Notes under the pieces: model-generated
What the model saw: only the letters and a program-made list of their open reading frames with translations
What the model was told of the DNA's origin: nothing
Databases searched by the model: none
NCBI RefSeq assembly: GCF_009834535.1
Contig: NC_045697.1
Span: 71,116,001 to 71,180,000 of the forward strand
Direction: 5' to 3'
DNA: 64,000 nucleotides
Origin: Camelus ferus
Lineage: Eukaryota
Program-made: the position numbers and the translations under genes
Shown: positions 1-11,920 of the stretch, piece by piece
How positions within the stretch are numbered: the first letter of the stretch is position 1
Layout of the letters: each line of letters starts with the position of its first letter

Positions 1-1477
1 AGGGAGCATGTTAGTGCCCTTGAGTAGACATAAATCCTAAAGGGAACCTAGGACCTAGGAAAACGTGGCAGGTGTCTGTGGGCGCTGAGTGAAGATCTTA
101 CAGGCTGATTTAAGGGAACTCTTATCTGGAGGAAGAGAAGCGACCTGGATAATTTCAGGGTTCTCTGAAATGCATCCTGGAGAAGGATGTAGTGTTTATC
201 TAATACTCCTTTCTTCTGCTCTTTTAATGTTGCAGAATTGGGGCACTCTAATTTCTTGATTTCTCAAATCAAAATTGTACAATTCTCCTCTTACTTCTGA
301 ATACACTTTATAAGTCCCAAGTAGTCTCTTGACAGGCACAAAACTCCCAGTTTTCAAGATCAGTTTCCAGGTAGTTCTACTTTGCATCAGTCTCTAAGGG
401 CTACCAGGGGGTAAGCTGTGGGCATCTACACAATGATCTTGATACACAACATCATGGAGAGAGAAAAGGCCACTGGTGAAGTAACTTTACTGATTAATTT
501 TTGGTCTTGGTTTTGCAAGAAGAGCTTCAGGGTGACAAACATTCTGTGAAATAATGAAAGTTAGATATAAACCAAGAAGGTACAAAGAAATAAAAACCTG
601 GTAATTGCTGAGAACTCAAACTGAGAGAATTATTCACAATGACAGAGAGTCATTATCTCGGTGTCCCCTGGCCCGGCTCCTGGGGGATCCACTGGCCTCA
701 TCCATATTCCCCACGGGAAGCAGCAGCAGCTCCAGGGAGGATCAGCAGTGAACAGAGAATGTGTTACATGCAAATTGTTATTTCAGACGGATCAGAATGG
801 GGCCCAGTGAGAAGAGAAAAGGAGGGGGCAACGCGCATCAGGAACATTTTACAAGGCAGGACTTCAGAGGACAGGGATTTTTTTCATTTAAAAAATTTTG
901 GAGATTCAGATGTAAAATGGATGTCGAAAGCAACTGTGCATTAAGGGGCTCGCCTCTTAGTTTCAATACTGGGGGCTCTGGAGCCTCTGCACACCATATG
1001 CTAATTAAATAAGATGTCTGAGGAGAAATAATGAGAGCAGTTAAAGGTAGGGTCTGCGCCTCGGTGACTTCACCAGCTGCCTCTGCTCTGACTTCCTGTA
1101 GCAAGTGCTCAATAAATAATGTTGAAATGAACCAGCTGATTGTAACAGTCAATAACTAAATACCAAAACCTGCACGTTCTATAACAAAACTGCAGTTTAC
1201 TACACATAGGGAAGCTTTGTTACTCAAATGTTCAATGTAACTGAGTATACAAGTTAGTGAAAGTATTTCAATCAGCTGAAAAGTTAATTCACCTCTCAGT
1301 AATATTTGCCAAGTACTCTTTATCAATAGCATCCAATAGTTAATATTTATCAATGTTTAATTTTCACACTACTTAAGATACTCTATTTTATGAATGGAAG
1401 AAAAAACTAAGGTGCAAAATGGTTAAGAAACTTAAATCACAGCAATATTATCTGGTTTAGTTTACTCTGGGGATTGG

Positions 1478-1570
1478 CTCATTTAATCCTCACAATTGCC
1501 TAAGGAAGGTCCTATTATTATTTTCATTATGCAGATGAGAAAACTGAGGGTCTGAGTTTCAGGTAACTAC
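1478..1570 (-). mobile_element. MIR SINE fragment
   Basis: ctcatttaatcctcacaa..tattatt..gcagatgagaaaactgagg. Confidence 0.7.
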
Positions 1571-2809
1571 TCCGCACTGGTAAGGCCAATAAGCACTACA
1601 GTTAGCCAAGATGTGGACCAATCCTGGCTGCCTGGCCCCAAGGCCCGCAGAGAGCTCACGAGGAGGGGCAAGCTGGAACTAGACAGCAGGCATCCTGATT
1701 CGGAAGTCAGTTTCCTCCCCACGCACCACGCCGACCCCAGCAGGTACCCTGTGGTTTCCTCCCTCTCTTGGCCCTCAACCCCACTCGCCCACTGACCTAC
1801 CCCTCCCACTCCAGGATGAGAACAGTGGCTGGCCCAGATTTCATCTGGATTTATATTATTTCAGGGGAAGAGATCAGGGATTTTACAGTAATCCGACTCT
1901 ACCACTCCAAACAGAGAGCTTTAGTCTTGTGATAGGTTTTTAACCAGACGTTGTTGCTTTTTTGTTTTTTGTTTTTTCAATTCAGTGAACAGGATTGGCT
2001 TTCTTTCTAATATCAGTAGAAAGACAGCTTTGTTTATTAATAATCAATAATGGTCTAAGTGGAGAGCTATATTTTTATTACATAAAATGGATTCAGAAAA
2101 CCTCACAATACTTCTAGTCTTAAAATTATTCTTACACTATGTGATATATTGTCACTATTTTAAAAATTCACAGAACAAAATTTAGTCTTATTGCAGGACT
2201 GCATAATTCCAGAAATAAATCTTTCAAAATATACACTTTTGGATGTAGGGCTAATTCTAAAATAGGTATCAACCAGGACTGCCTTTTTCTGCATTGCTCC
2301 AGATACCTGAAATGCATACATCAAAACCATCTGTACACAGAAATGGGGCCACTGCTCGGGGCAGTATTCTGCTTAGAGTTACAAAAATTGGAGCTGTCTA
2401 TAAAATATTCTGTCTGGTTCTTATTGACAATAGCCTGACAGAAAAAAATATTCATATATGCATGGTTACAATAATCGATAGGCAAAGGTGACAGCTACCT
2501 TTGGAAAGTAGCAGAGGAAAACGTAATATAGAAAGTAGAATAATAGAAAAGTGCGATTGGCGCATGCCCGTTACATTCCACACTCTATTCTGAGCTGCTG
2601 TGTGCCAGAGAATTTAATAGCATGGTAACCAGAAACCTACAAAGCAAGAGCAGTGATAAAGCGGCTAACAAAAATCAGCAGTACCCATATTTCTACATGG
2701 AAAACCCACTGGTGAAGACCATGAATAATAAATACTTCTCATCCTTACAAACAAGGTTTGGTTCACTTTAGGCAAATAACTTACTACTTCTGCCCCAAGT
2801 TTTCTGTCT

Positions 2810-2893
2810 TTTAAAGTTTTTCTTTCCTCAGCTTTATTGAGGTATAACTGTCAAATAGACATTGTATTCTTTAAGATGTAAAAGATGATGTTA
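2810..2893 (-). mobile_element. Very short L1 3' end inserted in a MIR-like relic
   Basis: T-rich tail plus cagctttattgaggtataactg...ttaagatgta. Flanked by the TSD-like ccccaagttttctgtct (2793-2809) / ccccaagtttttcatct (2894-2910). Confidence 0.65.
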
Positions 2894-2925
2894 CCCCAAG
2901 TTTTTCATCTCAAGAAGCAGAGGAC

Positions 2926-3080
2926 TCTGTAAGTGTAATCTATGCACCAGATTTCAAATCTAATGTGGGGAAAAAAAAGAATGTAAAGTGTCTCAATAAT
3001 TTTTTATATTGCTTACATATTAAATGACATTATTTGGGATACGTTGAGTTAAATTAAAAAATATTTTTTAATTAAAAAAA
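2926..3080 (-). mobile_element. MER33-like fragment
   Basis: ctgtaagtgtaa..caccagatttc..aaaagaatgtaaagtgtctcaataattttttatattg; visibly homologous to 38760-38880. Confidence 0.65.
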
Positions 3081-5159
3081 AAGGAGCAGGGGAATGGCCA
3101 ACGTGATTTCTTTACTTTCTTTGAACTTTAATATTCATCAACCAGATCAAAAAATGTCTCCAAATTTATGTACAAATAAAACATGTGGCAGTCCAATCAT
3201 GTTAAATGCAAAGAGAAAGCTCACTAAAAGTTAACTACAGTAAATTCTTGAGAAGCAAAATATTTCTTGCAAAATAATTAATGACCCCCCTTGTGTTTCT
3301 GTGAAACCAGATTTTTACTTGGGTTGCCTAAAACAGCCACATCAACCTCTCGAACAGCAAACATCTTTGACATAGAAAAAGATGGTGGCACACTTTTGAT
3401 TTTCAGAAATCAACAGACATTTCTGATTTTTGCATATCCAGAGTGTATTTGTTCTTTAAAAAATTTTTTTCTAATCTGAGAAATGAAAGTGTTCTTCAGA
3501 ATATGTATGTGAGTGAAAGTTTCCACACAGATAATAAGGGGGCAGGTTTAAGGAATACAGAGGACATGAGCTCTGGAAATTTAGGTCTGCTAACATAAGA
3601 GTAAGTCTGAATCCTTGATAAAATTCAAAATAATGACTTTGATTTCAAGGGTTTCTTTTCCTCCCTTATAAAAAGAAATAGAAATCTTTTCATTGATTAT
3701 TTGAACACACCCTCCCAACACACATACCACCATCACAATGAATTCAATCACCCATGAGTCCTTTCACTAGGTGCTATAATACGGTATAATACATTATGTA
3801 TTTTCTCCAGCTATACTTTTGGTAGTTAGTGAAATTAAACAGATTGCCTTAGTGATGCTATGGGAACATTCATCAGATGGGAAGGGGCTGGTAGTCAGCT
3901 GTCTGTTGCCAAATGGGAAAGGATTCATTAGTTCTAGAAGACTGGCAGTTCCACGAATTATTTAAATACAGACATTAAGGAAAAATGCTCAACTGACAAT
4001 CTGTTTACACAATCCTAAAATCTCTTTTAACAACATAAAGGTGAGAGCTGTGGAGATCCTACAATACTTGGTGTAAAGGATTCTGAACAAATTTAACTAC
4101 AGTGGCAAATTTCTGAAGAATCTAGGAAAAGGAACAGATGGCGTTAGGATGTAAGAGAAAACTCATTTGCTCCCAAAAGAACAGGGACGCCAGTGTCTTC
4201 ACCAGCACACCACAATAGGAGCTGCTCTGAAGCAGGCAAGCTCATCTCTCTCCTGGGCAAAAGTTTGCACTTGGCTATACATGCATTCTGCAGGAAAATG
4301 CTACCTATACAGTCCACATCTCTTGAAAAAGAAAAAAAAAAAGGCAAAATATATCAGTTAGCAAAACAACAGATTTCTATTCCTTTGACACTCTGCAGAA
4401 AATAAATGAATGGGAAGTCCAAGAATCTGATATTTCCAAAGAGTCGCAATGGTTTGTGAAAATGGCTGCTGCCCTAGGGGGCAGGGGAAAGCACTCTTAG
4501 GAAAATACATTAAGTTTCAGGAGGCTCTATTAGGTGGAGTAAGTTCTTTATCACAGCTCTATTCAGTGAAATAAGAAAACATCGGAAGTCCACAGACATT
4601 GACAAGCATTTCAAAAATTAATTTTAATTAGATCTATCAGTTAGGGAAAACAATAAAAACAATGGGGCAAATCCAGAATGTGAATTAATGTTGGTAGGAT
4701 TAGTAATGCAGAAATGACAACGAGAAATGGATTCCAAATCAACCATCTACAGGGAAAAACAAAAACAAAAACAAAAACTGGCAGCTGAATTATTTCCCTG
4801 CTTCCTATACATTGAAACTAGAGGAATTAAAGAAACTAATTAACTTCTCAGAGCCTGACCACTTGGGCTCTACTTTCTGGTCAGTCATGAGCCCTGTGAC
4901 CTTGAGCAAACCATTTAGCCTTGGTTTCCTCAGTTTGCTCTATGACAGAGTGAAAGGACTGACTTCCGGAAGCTCTCACATGGAGCGTGTGGAAGAAGGA
5001 CTTGGGGTGCATCTGTGAGGAACGCAGACGCTGATACCCCACGGATTCCACTTCCACACGCAAGGTGCCCAGTGAACCTGCGCTTCACAGGACTCTGTCT
5101 AGTTCTGAAGCAAGTGGTCCCTGAAACCCACTTCTGTTCATTCAACAAAAATTATCTGA

Positions 5160-5410
5160 ATGCCCCTTCTCCACGGATCTCCTGGGCTACCTCCTCACCT
5201 ATTTCAAATCTGCTCAAATCCCTACTTCTCAAGGAGGCTTCTTCTAACTACCCTTTTATTAATGCCTCCTCCTCTCACCCTGACACTCCCTTAGCCCACT
5301 CTACTTTTTCTATTTCTGTGCTGCTTATCACCTTCTAACATTCTTTATTAACTTGCTTATGTAACTTTAGTGCATTTATTGTTTACGTTTCGTTTACCAC
5401 TAGTAAGACA
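5160..5410 (+). mobile_element. LINE-2 fragment
   Basis: tctgctcaaatc..cttctcaaggaggcttcttctaactacc and gcttatcaccttctaacat. Confidence 0.55.
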
Positions 5411-7664
5411 GTAAGGAACTCCTCTGCATGGTTTCCTGTCACACCCCCTTCCTTATTCCACAATTCTCTTTGCATAATTGCAAATTCTTTCTCCCAAACA
5501 TCTCAGGTTGGGGATTCAACAACATGAAATAATGCCATTTGTTAACATAGAGTACATAATTATCCTCCGTGCAAACAGTTAGTTATTTGCTATGTTAATT
5601 CTCAAACATACAATCTTTCAGGCAGCCACAGGAACATGAATTCAGCACCCATCCACCCCCTACTTAATGTGCTTTATGTAGTACTTAATCTTTTGTCCAG
5701 TCAGGTTTAATTCTTAACTTTTTAAAATTTGATATTAAGCCCTTTTCTCATATTACTTTATCCCAAAATAAGAAGAAAAGTTCTTAAACATCTAAAATTG
5801 CTTTGTTCTTTGATATCCATACTCTCTAAGCTATCGAAAAAATACAAAACGTGTATGTACATCAACAAAAATTTAGCTGCTCTCAAGATGACTGGCCGTA
5901 CACGTGCACAGAGCAGTCCTTTATGAGACAGTGGGCATTTGTACATTAAAATAAAAGGAATTTATCAAGTAATATGATTGAAATATACTTAAACTGACAT
6001 TGGGTTTTGTTTTTTTTTTTTGTAGTGACAGCCAGGCTCTCTATCATCTCTCCATGTGCTCTCCTTAATAATGACAACACAATAAACAATTTTTATGTTA
6101 AATAACACTCGTCTCACCTGGTTAATTAAGAGAAAGGTAGATGGATGATACAATGATAGAAGGAACAAAGATAGAAGACTGCAGAGTTGGTAAATTAGTT
6201 AAGTAAAATTTCAAAATTTAAGTTTGGGGAAGGGGGTGATAAGAATACAACTGGGTAGAAGCTGGAACACATATTAATTTAGCAGATTAACTGAACTTGA
6301 ATTTGCGTACATATTCTGCCTTTGAGGTATTTTAGGATAAGATATACACAACAAACATTTAGACCACTTAAGGAAGCACTCCTAGGCAAAGAAAGTCCTC
6401 TCACTGCAGGCAATCAAACACCAACATAGTCTCTTCCAGACCCAGCTGAGTTTTTCCTTTCACCTCCACCAATCATACCTTAGCTTTTTTGAAGTATGCA
6501 GTCCAATGGTGTCTCCTAACCCATTTTTGTGCCCAAATAGCATACAGCTGCCCCACTGGAGGAGTACAGTGCACTGTTCCTCCAACCCAACCCAGCACAT
6601 TTTCATCTTGCAAAACTCAGTCTCAATAAAGACATTCCATGTTTATTGATTTTAGCCAATTCTTTTTGCTTCCTAACGACATTTTTCCCTGAACACACTC
6701 TTTCCTCCAGAGAAGAGCTAAACGAGAGAATAAAAGAGAAAAAACACTTCTGAGTTCAGCTTCTTATTGCTGAGGTCGTATTTACAAGGGGCAGGCTCCA
6801 CGGCACGCCACGTGTCATGTCCCGCCTACCACCACGAGCCCACATCGTGCAGCTCATTTCTTTAGAGACTATGTTCCAAGATTTTGGATTCTCACATTGG
6901 TCGTTCCTTTCTACTAAGTCAATCATCCCAAAGTACCCAGCCCATCATTTAAAAGATGGATAAAAAGATCTTACACCTCAAAGATCCCTAAGCAACATTA
7001 ATAACATGAACATGTTTATTGACTGCTGCTACGTTTTAAATTTCCTTAAGGTACATTAATACACTTGAGCACCTGCTACTATATTGTCTCTAAGCCAAAA
7101 CACTGATTTGACTTATTTACCTTGTACTGTTGATGTTAATAAGAACTAGATTATTAGAGAACAATAAGACAATTTTAAAAATTGAAATAATAGCCCAGGG
7201 CCAGTCTCCTCTCCTTATTATTGCCTCTCCTTATTAATTATACCTGCAACTGAACATTTTAACCTGAATTCAAGACAAAATTAAGTGAAAAAAATGATTT
7301 GCCTTAAGTCAAACTCTGAAGTCCCTTGCTTTCAACTGAATATGTTATTTAGAGGATCATTAATTGAAGGAAGTGGGACAAATACTAAAGCACATTTATG
7401 TAGGGGAAATAATTTGTTAGGTTCTATGCATGGCAGTCATTTTGAGGAAACTGAGAAGCCACAGTGTTTACTGGGCAACAGAGGTGATGATTCTTGTCAT
7501 CACTGCAGGGGATCTTGGTAACTTAAGAGCAAACTGCTTCTGGATGCACATAGAGAAGCATGTCATCTGGGGTAAATCCCAGCCACATGGTTACCAGAGA
7601 GTCAGTTTTGTTCAGCTGGATAGCTCTGATATAAAGCATCAAAGAAGGGTTTGGTAAATATGTA

Positions 7665-8930
7665 AGTCATTATTCACTGAGTGCACAAGTATCTACAAAG
7701 AATCACGCATATTCCAGATACTATTCTAGGCACTGGGAACAGAGTAATGAGAAAAGAAAATTAAATACTCCTGCTTTCCTTGAGCTTACATTCTAGTGAG
7801 AAAGAGAGATAATAAACAAAATAAAAACTGTGCTACAAAGTGTATCATTGGATAAGTGTAATGGAGGAAGATAAGAGAGCATGATCGCAAGCACCTGAGA
7901 GGCGGTGAGTAGGGGTGGATAGGAGCCCCACGTTCTATAGGGTGGTCAGGGAAGGTCTCACTGAGAAAGCAACTTCTGAGCAGAGACACAAAGGAGGGGA
8001 GGACTGGATGGAAATATGGCCTAAGGGCACTCCAGCGAGGACAGAGCATGGGTGAGGAACAGAAGGGAGGCCAGCGTGGTGGACATGAATGTATGAGAAG
8101 GAGAGGAGTTGGAGATGTAATTAAAGAGAAACATGAACAGGAAGGGAGAGGAGTCCTCATCTGTAAAGCCTTAAAAGATGAAGGCAGGCACTTGTCCCTC
8201 AGCCTCCCCCTGTAGTGGGAAGGGACTGAGCGGGAGAGTAGTAGGATCCTACTTACGTTTTACCAGGACAACAATGACTGCTGAGTTGAGAATGCAAAGC
8301 AAGGGAGAAGCTGGAGAACCTTAGACAGGGGCCACTGCAGCAGTCAGTGCCAGGTCAGGGCACGGCAGGTCAGCCCAGGCCAGGGCAGAGGTGGAGGGGA
8401 TAAGACACGATCAAATCTGAGCATGCTTTAAAGACAGAGCCTACACAGGACATAAAAGGAATATGACAGGAATATAGTTGTTGTGTACCAAGGACAGTAG
8501 GAAGAGCAGATTTATGAAGGAAGGTCAGGAGTGTGGTTTCGGACATGCTTACATATGAGATGTCTCTTACACAGATAGCCGGAAATAAGTAAGCCGTTAG
8601 AAATATGAGGTTGGCCTTAGAAGAGAGGTCTGGGCTGGAGACGCAAATATTTAGGAAGCATTCGACCGAGGATGGCTTTGAAAGCAAGAGAACAGACAAG
8701 ATGTCTGAAGGGAGTACCTGAAGAGAGGGGAGAGAAGCAGTCTAAGGAAGAAAGCTTGAACACTCTTAAGAGGAGGGAGAACCACCAAGGAGACTAAGAA
8801 AAAATGGCTGTGAGTTAAGGGAAAACAGAGAGTGAGCAGACTGAAAACCAAGTGAAGAACATATTGGAAGGAAAAGGGAATGTCAACTTGCCAAGAGGTC
8901 CAAAAAGAGAAAAACTAAAAATTGGCTAAT
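7665..8930 (-). mobile_element. LINE-2 fragment
   Basis: ctattctaggcactggg, gagcttacattctagtg, gtggtcagggaaggtctcactgagaa and gaggtctgggctggaga lie in a long purine-rich stretch typical of antisense L2. Confidence 0.8.
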
Positions 8931-11781
8931 GGCGGGAAAAAAAAAAGTTCAGATACTAGAAAACTAAATTTTATCTATTAAAAACAGAGACACTACTCTT
9001 TGGTTTTTAGGAGTTGTGCCATCCTACCCAGACAAAGTAAAATCTTGAAATACTATGTTAGATGTTTACACCAAGTCTTCTGCATCTGCTACATCTACTT
9101 ATACAGATACAATGATGCATCTGCCAAATCCAGCATCTTAGCCTGATAAAGCAATGGTCAACCCTAGAAACTAGTTCTTGCTAATTTTATCTTCCCCTTT
9201 ACACTGATTTGCTGGGTGATCAATACTATGCATTAAATAAAACAACAATAAAGGTATCTTGTAGACTTTAATAACAACTGCAAACAGGAAATTGACACAC
9301 TCATCTTTCCACAAGGGCAATTAATTGCAATAACGAACTGCAGATAAGCAACTAAGCAATTATATCTAGAGACAAGAGTCAACAACCAGGCTTGCCTGCT
9401 CACTGAAGACCAGACTGAGTGTCTAGTGTGATAATCATGTGTAGGCAATTTCAGGAAACTGAATTCCTAATAAAGCTGCTGGGTGCAATTCATCATTTGT
9501 CCTTTCTACATGGATTCAGCACAGTGCCCAGAAAATGTGCTCAATTAGCAGTGGAGACAAGAAAAAAATGGTGTTCATGTCCAGAGCTGCCACAAAGGAT
9601 CATGCATGTTGTGCCCTCCACCAGTGCAGAGGACGCTGGTCACCTAGACTGCCGTGTCATGATGTGTGTAGTGCATACCTGTCCAGCCAGAGGCTGCAGC
9701 CCTGGGGAACAGCTACTAGCCTCTGATTTTTATCCCAAAGTTGAAAAGCAATCACAGTGATGGCACGTATGTGCTAAATAGCCTTAGAGATGGATATAAA
9801 CTGGTCACAGGCCTACAAAGATGTGGCGTGCAGGAAGAGACAGTTACTAAACGCCAACGGACAGCTTTGATGGTTTTGACCTTGCTACACGTGAACATAA
9901 TATGTCTGCAGCACTTGATGACAAACTGCTAGAAGGCAGGGATTGCTTAAGCGAATGCTAACAACCAAAAGCAGTAAACACCTTTTTAATGCTGACTCTA
10001 GTATGTGATGACTTTGCAACATTAAAACAATCCATGACAAGCACTTTTAACAACTGTTGATTCAGATATCCTTTAAAAGCCGTGCTTTCAAGGTATGCTG
10101 GTGATTTTTACCCTCTGAAATTTCGGAAGTCAATGGTGATTCTGAAAAGACTGCTCATTTTACAGGGAGTGCCACGCAGCTTATTTTGAATGGAGGCAGA
10201 GACTTATTGGGCAGCCCCAAGTTGTTTGGCTCATTGCCCTTATTGCTACAGTTTTCCAAGTAAAATCCCTTGTTTATTTTCTAGCAGTTTCTGCTCTACA
10301 TCATCCTCACCACAGCCCAATTAAGAACCATAACACATGATACAACAGTGACTTTAAATGACCTGCAGACAATAATTTAGAATTTCTGGGTTACCCATTG
10401 CAATCACCAAAGAATAGTAGCCTTAAAACAAATCACTCAAAATCTCAGTTATTTAAAGCCCTCGAGACATTATTTTTTTTCCATAATTATATAAAACTAC
10501 ACAGAAAACTGGAAAAATATCCTTCTGCTTCTTACTGAAAATCACCTCTAGGGATCAAAGGCCAGAACACATGGCAAAGCACCTGCGCTGCTGAGCTTTA
10601 ACCCCCCCGACTCTCAAGGCTGTAATTCCTCATGACAAAACTCAGCCCCAGTTAACCACATAACAGACACGAACATCAGGCAGAACTGAAACAGAACGCA
10701 ATAAACATTTTATATGTCAGTTCAAGTAATTAAATAGAACTTAACTAATTGAAAAGGAGCTAAGAGCTGGGGCAAAGGACCAAGAGGGTGAGGGGAGAGG
10801 TGGTGGAAAAAAATGAGACTTTGACATGTGCACTGGCCACCATGCTCCAATCAGCCTCCCACCTGACATCGATACTTGAATGTCTCCGCACCTTTCCTAG
10901 ACATCAGGATTTTACTCAGAGAATCAATAGAAAAATCAGTGTATGTTTCATCGCCCCTCGCTAGAAATTTCCTGCACAGGAATTCCTTCATCCTTCTATT
11001 CCTTCCAAAACATCTTAAGGCTCTCAAAATCCACTCAATTCACTTCAGCTCCTATTCATTGAGCTCGTGCCACAGACCGATGCATCAGTGACACTGACCA
11101 GAATCTCTGTCCCTCAGTAGCTCACATTCTAGGCTACTCATACTCATTTGCCATTTAATAAATCATTTTTGTATTTTGAAAAAAATGTTAAAAATTAAAT
11201 CCCATTTGGGAAAAGAATTAACTAGGCTACAGAAATTCTTAGATATGTATTTGCTTGGCTTACTGATCACATTTCCCCAAGCACCTATTAATACTTACGC
11301 AAGGGCAGGTACACAGAGCAAAGTCCTGGGACAGTTGTCAGTAGCTGACATCCTGCTCTGTCATGTGTGTCACCTCCTCTCTGTATTCCTTTAAAGCCAC
11401 CAGTTTTTACCTTGGACTGTGGAGCAGGGTGATCTATGAAGTTTTTGAAATGTAGAGCTCAATTCAGACTTACCAAATAAGAATCTTCTCAGCTGGGGCT
11501 TGGAAACATGTTTCTTGAAAGCCCTATGGTTGGTTCTGAGGCACACTCCCGTTTAAGAGCAAACCCTTAGGAGAAGGTTAACAGCGTAGGCGAAGGTTTT
11601 GGGTAAAAGAATTTCCTAAAAAGTTTTACTACCTGATCATGGTAGTAATCATAACACTGGCTAGATCTTCCTCTGCACTTAATTATCTCTCGCACTGCTG
11701 TAAACTGTCTCCCAATATTCCTTCATTCTGCCCTTACATTAAGTATTTATTATTCTTGTCCTGCAAGAAATAAGAACATGG

Positions 11782-11920
11782 TGGGGAGGGTACATGGTCA
11801 GTAGTAGAGCACGTGCTTACCATGTACCAGGTCCTGGGTTCAATCTCCAGTACCTCCATTAAAAAAATTAAAATAAATACATAAATAAACCTAATTACCT
11901 CCCTCCCTCTGCCCCTCAAA
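11782..11920 (+). mobile_element. tRNA-derived camelid-type SINE (Vic-1-like)
   Basis: Head ggggagggtacatggtcagtagtagagc...gtcctgggttcaatctccagtacctcc with a B-box, then an A-rich linker, taaacctaattacctccc and an A tail. TSD aagaaataagaacatgg (11765-11781) / aagaaacaggaacatgg (11921-11937). Confidence 0.85.

Noticed and set aside
7786..8851. Cluster of minus-strand ORFs of 66-124 aa
   Set aside because: They lie inside a decayed L2 element and do not form a coherent protein.
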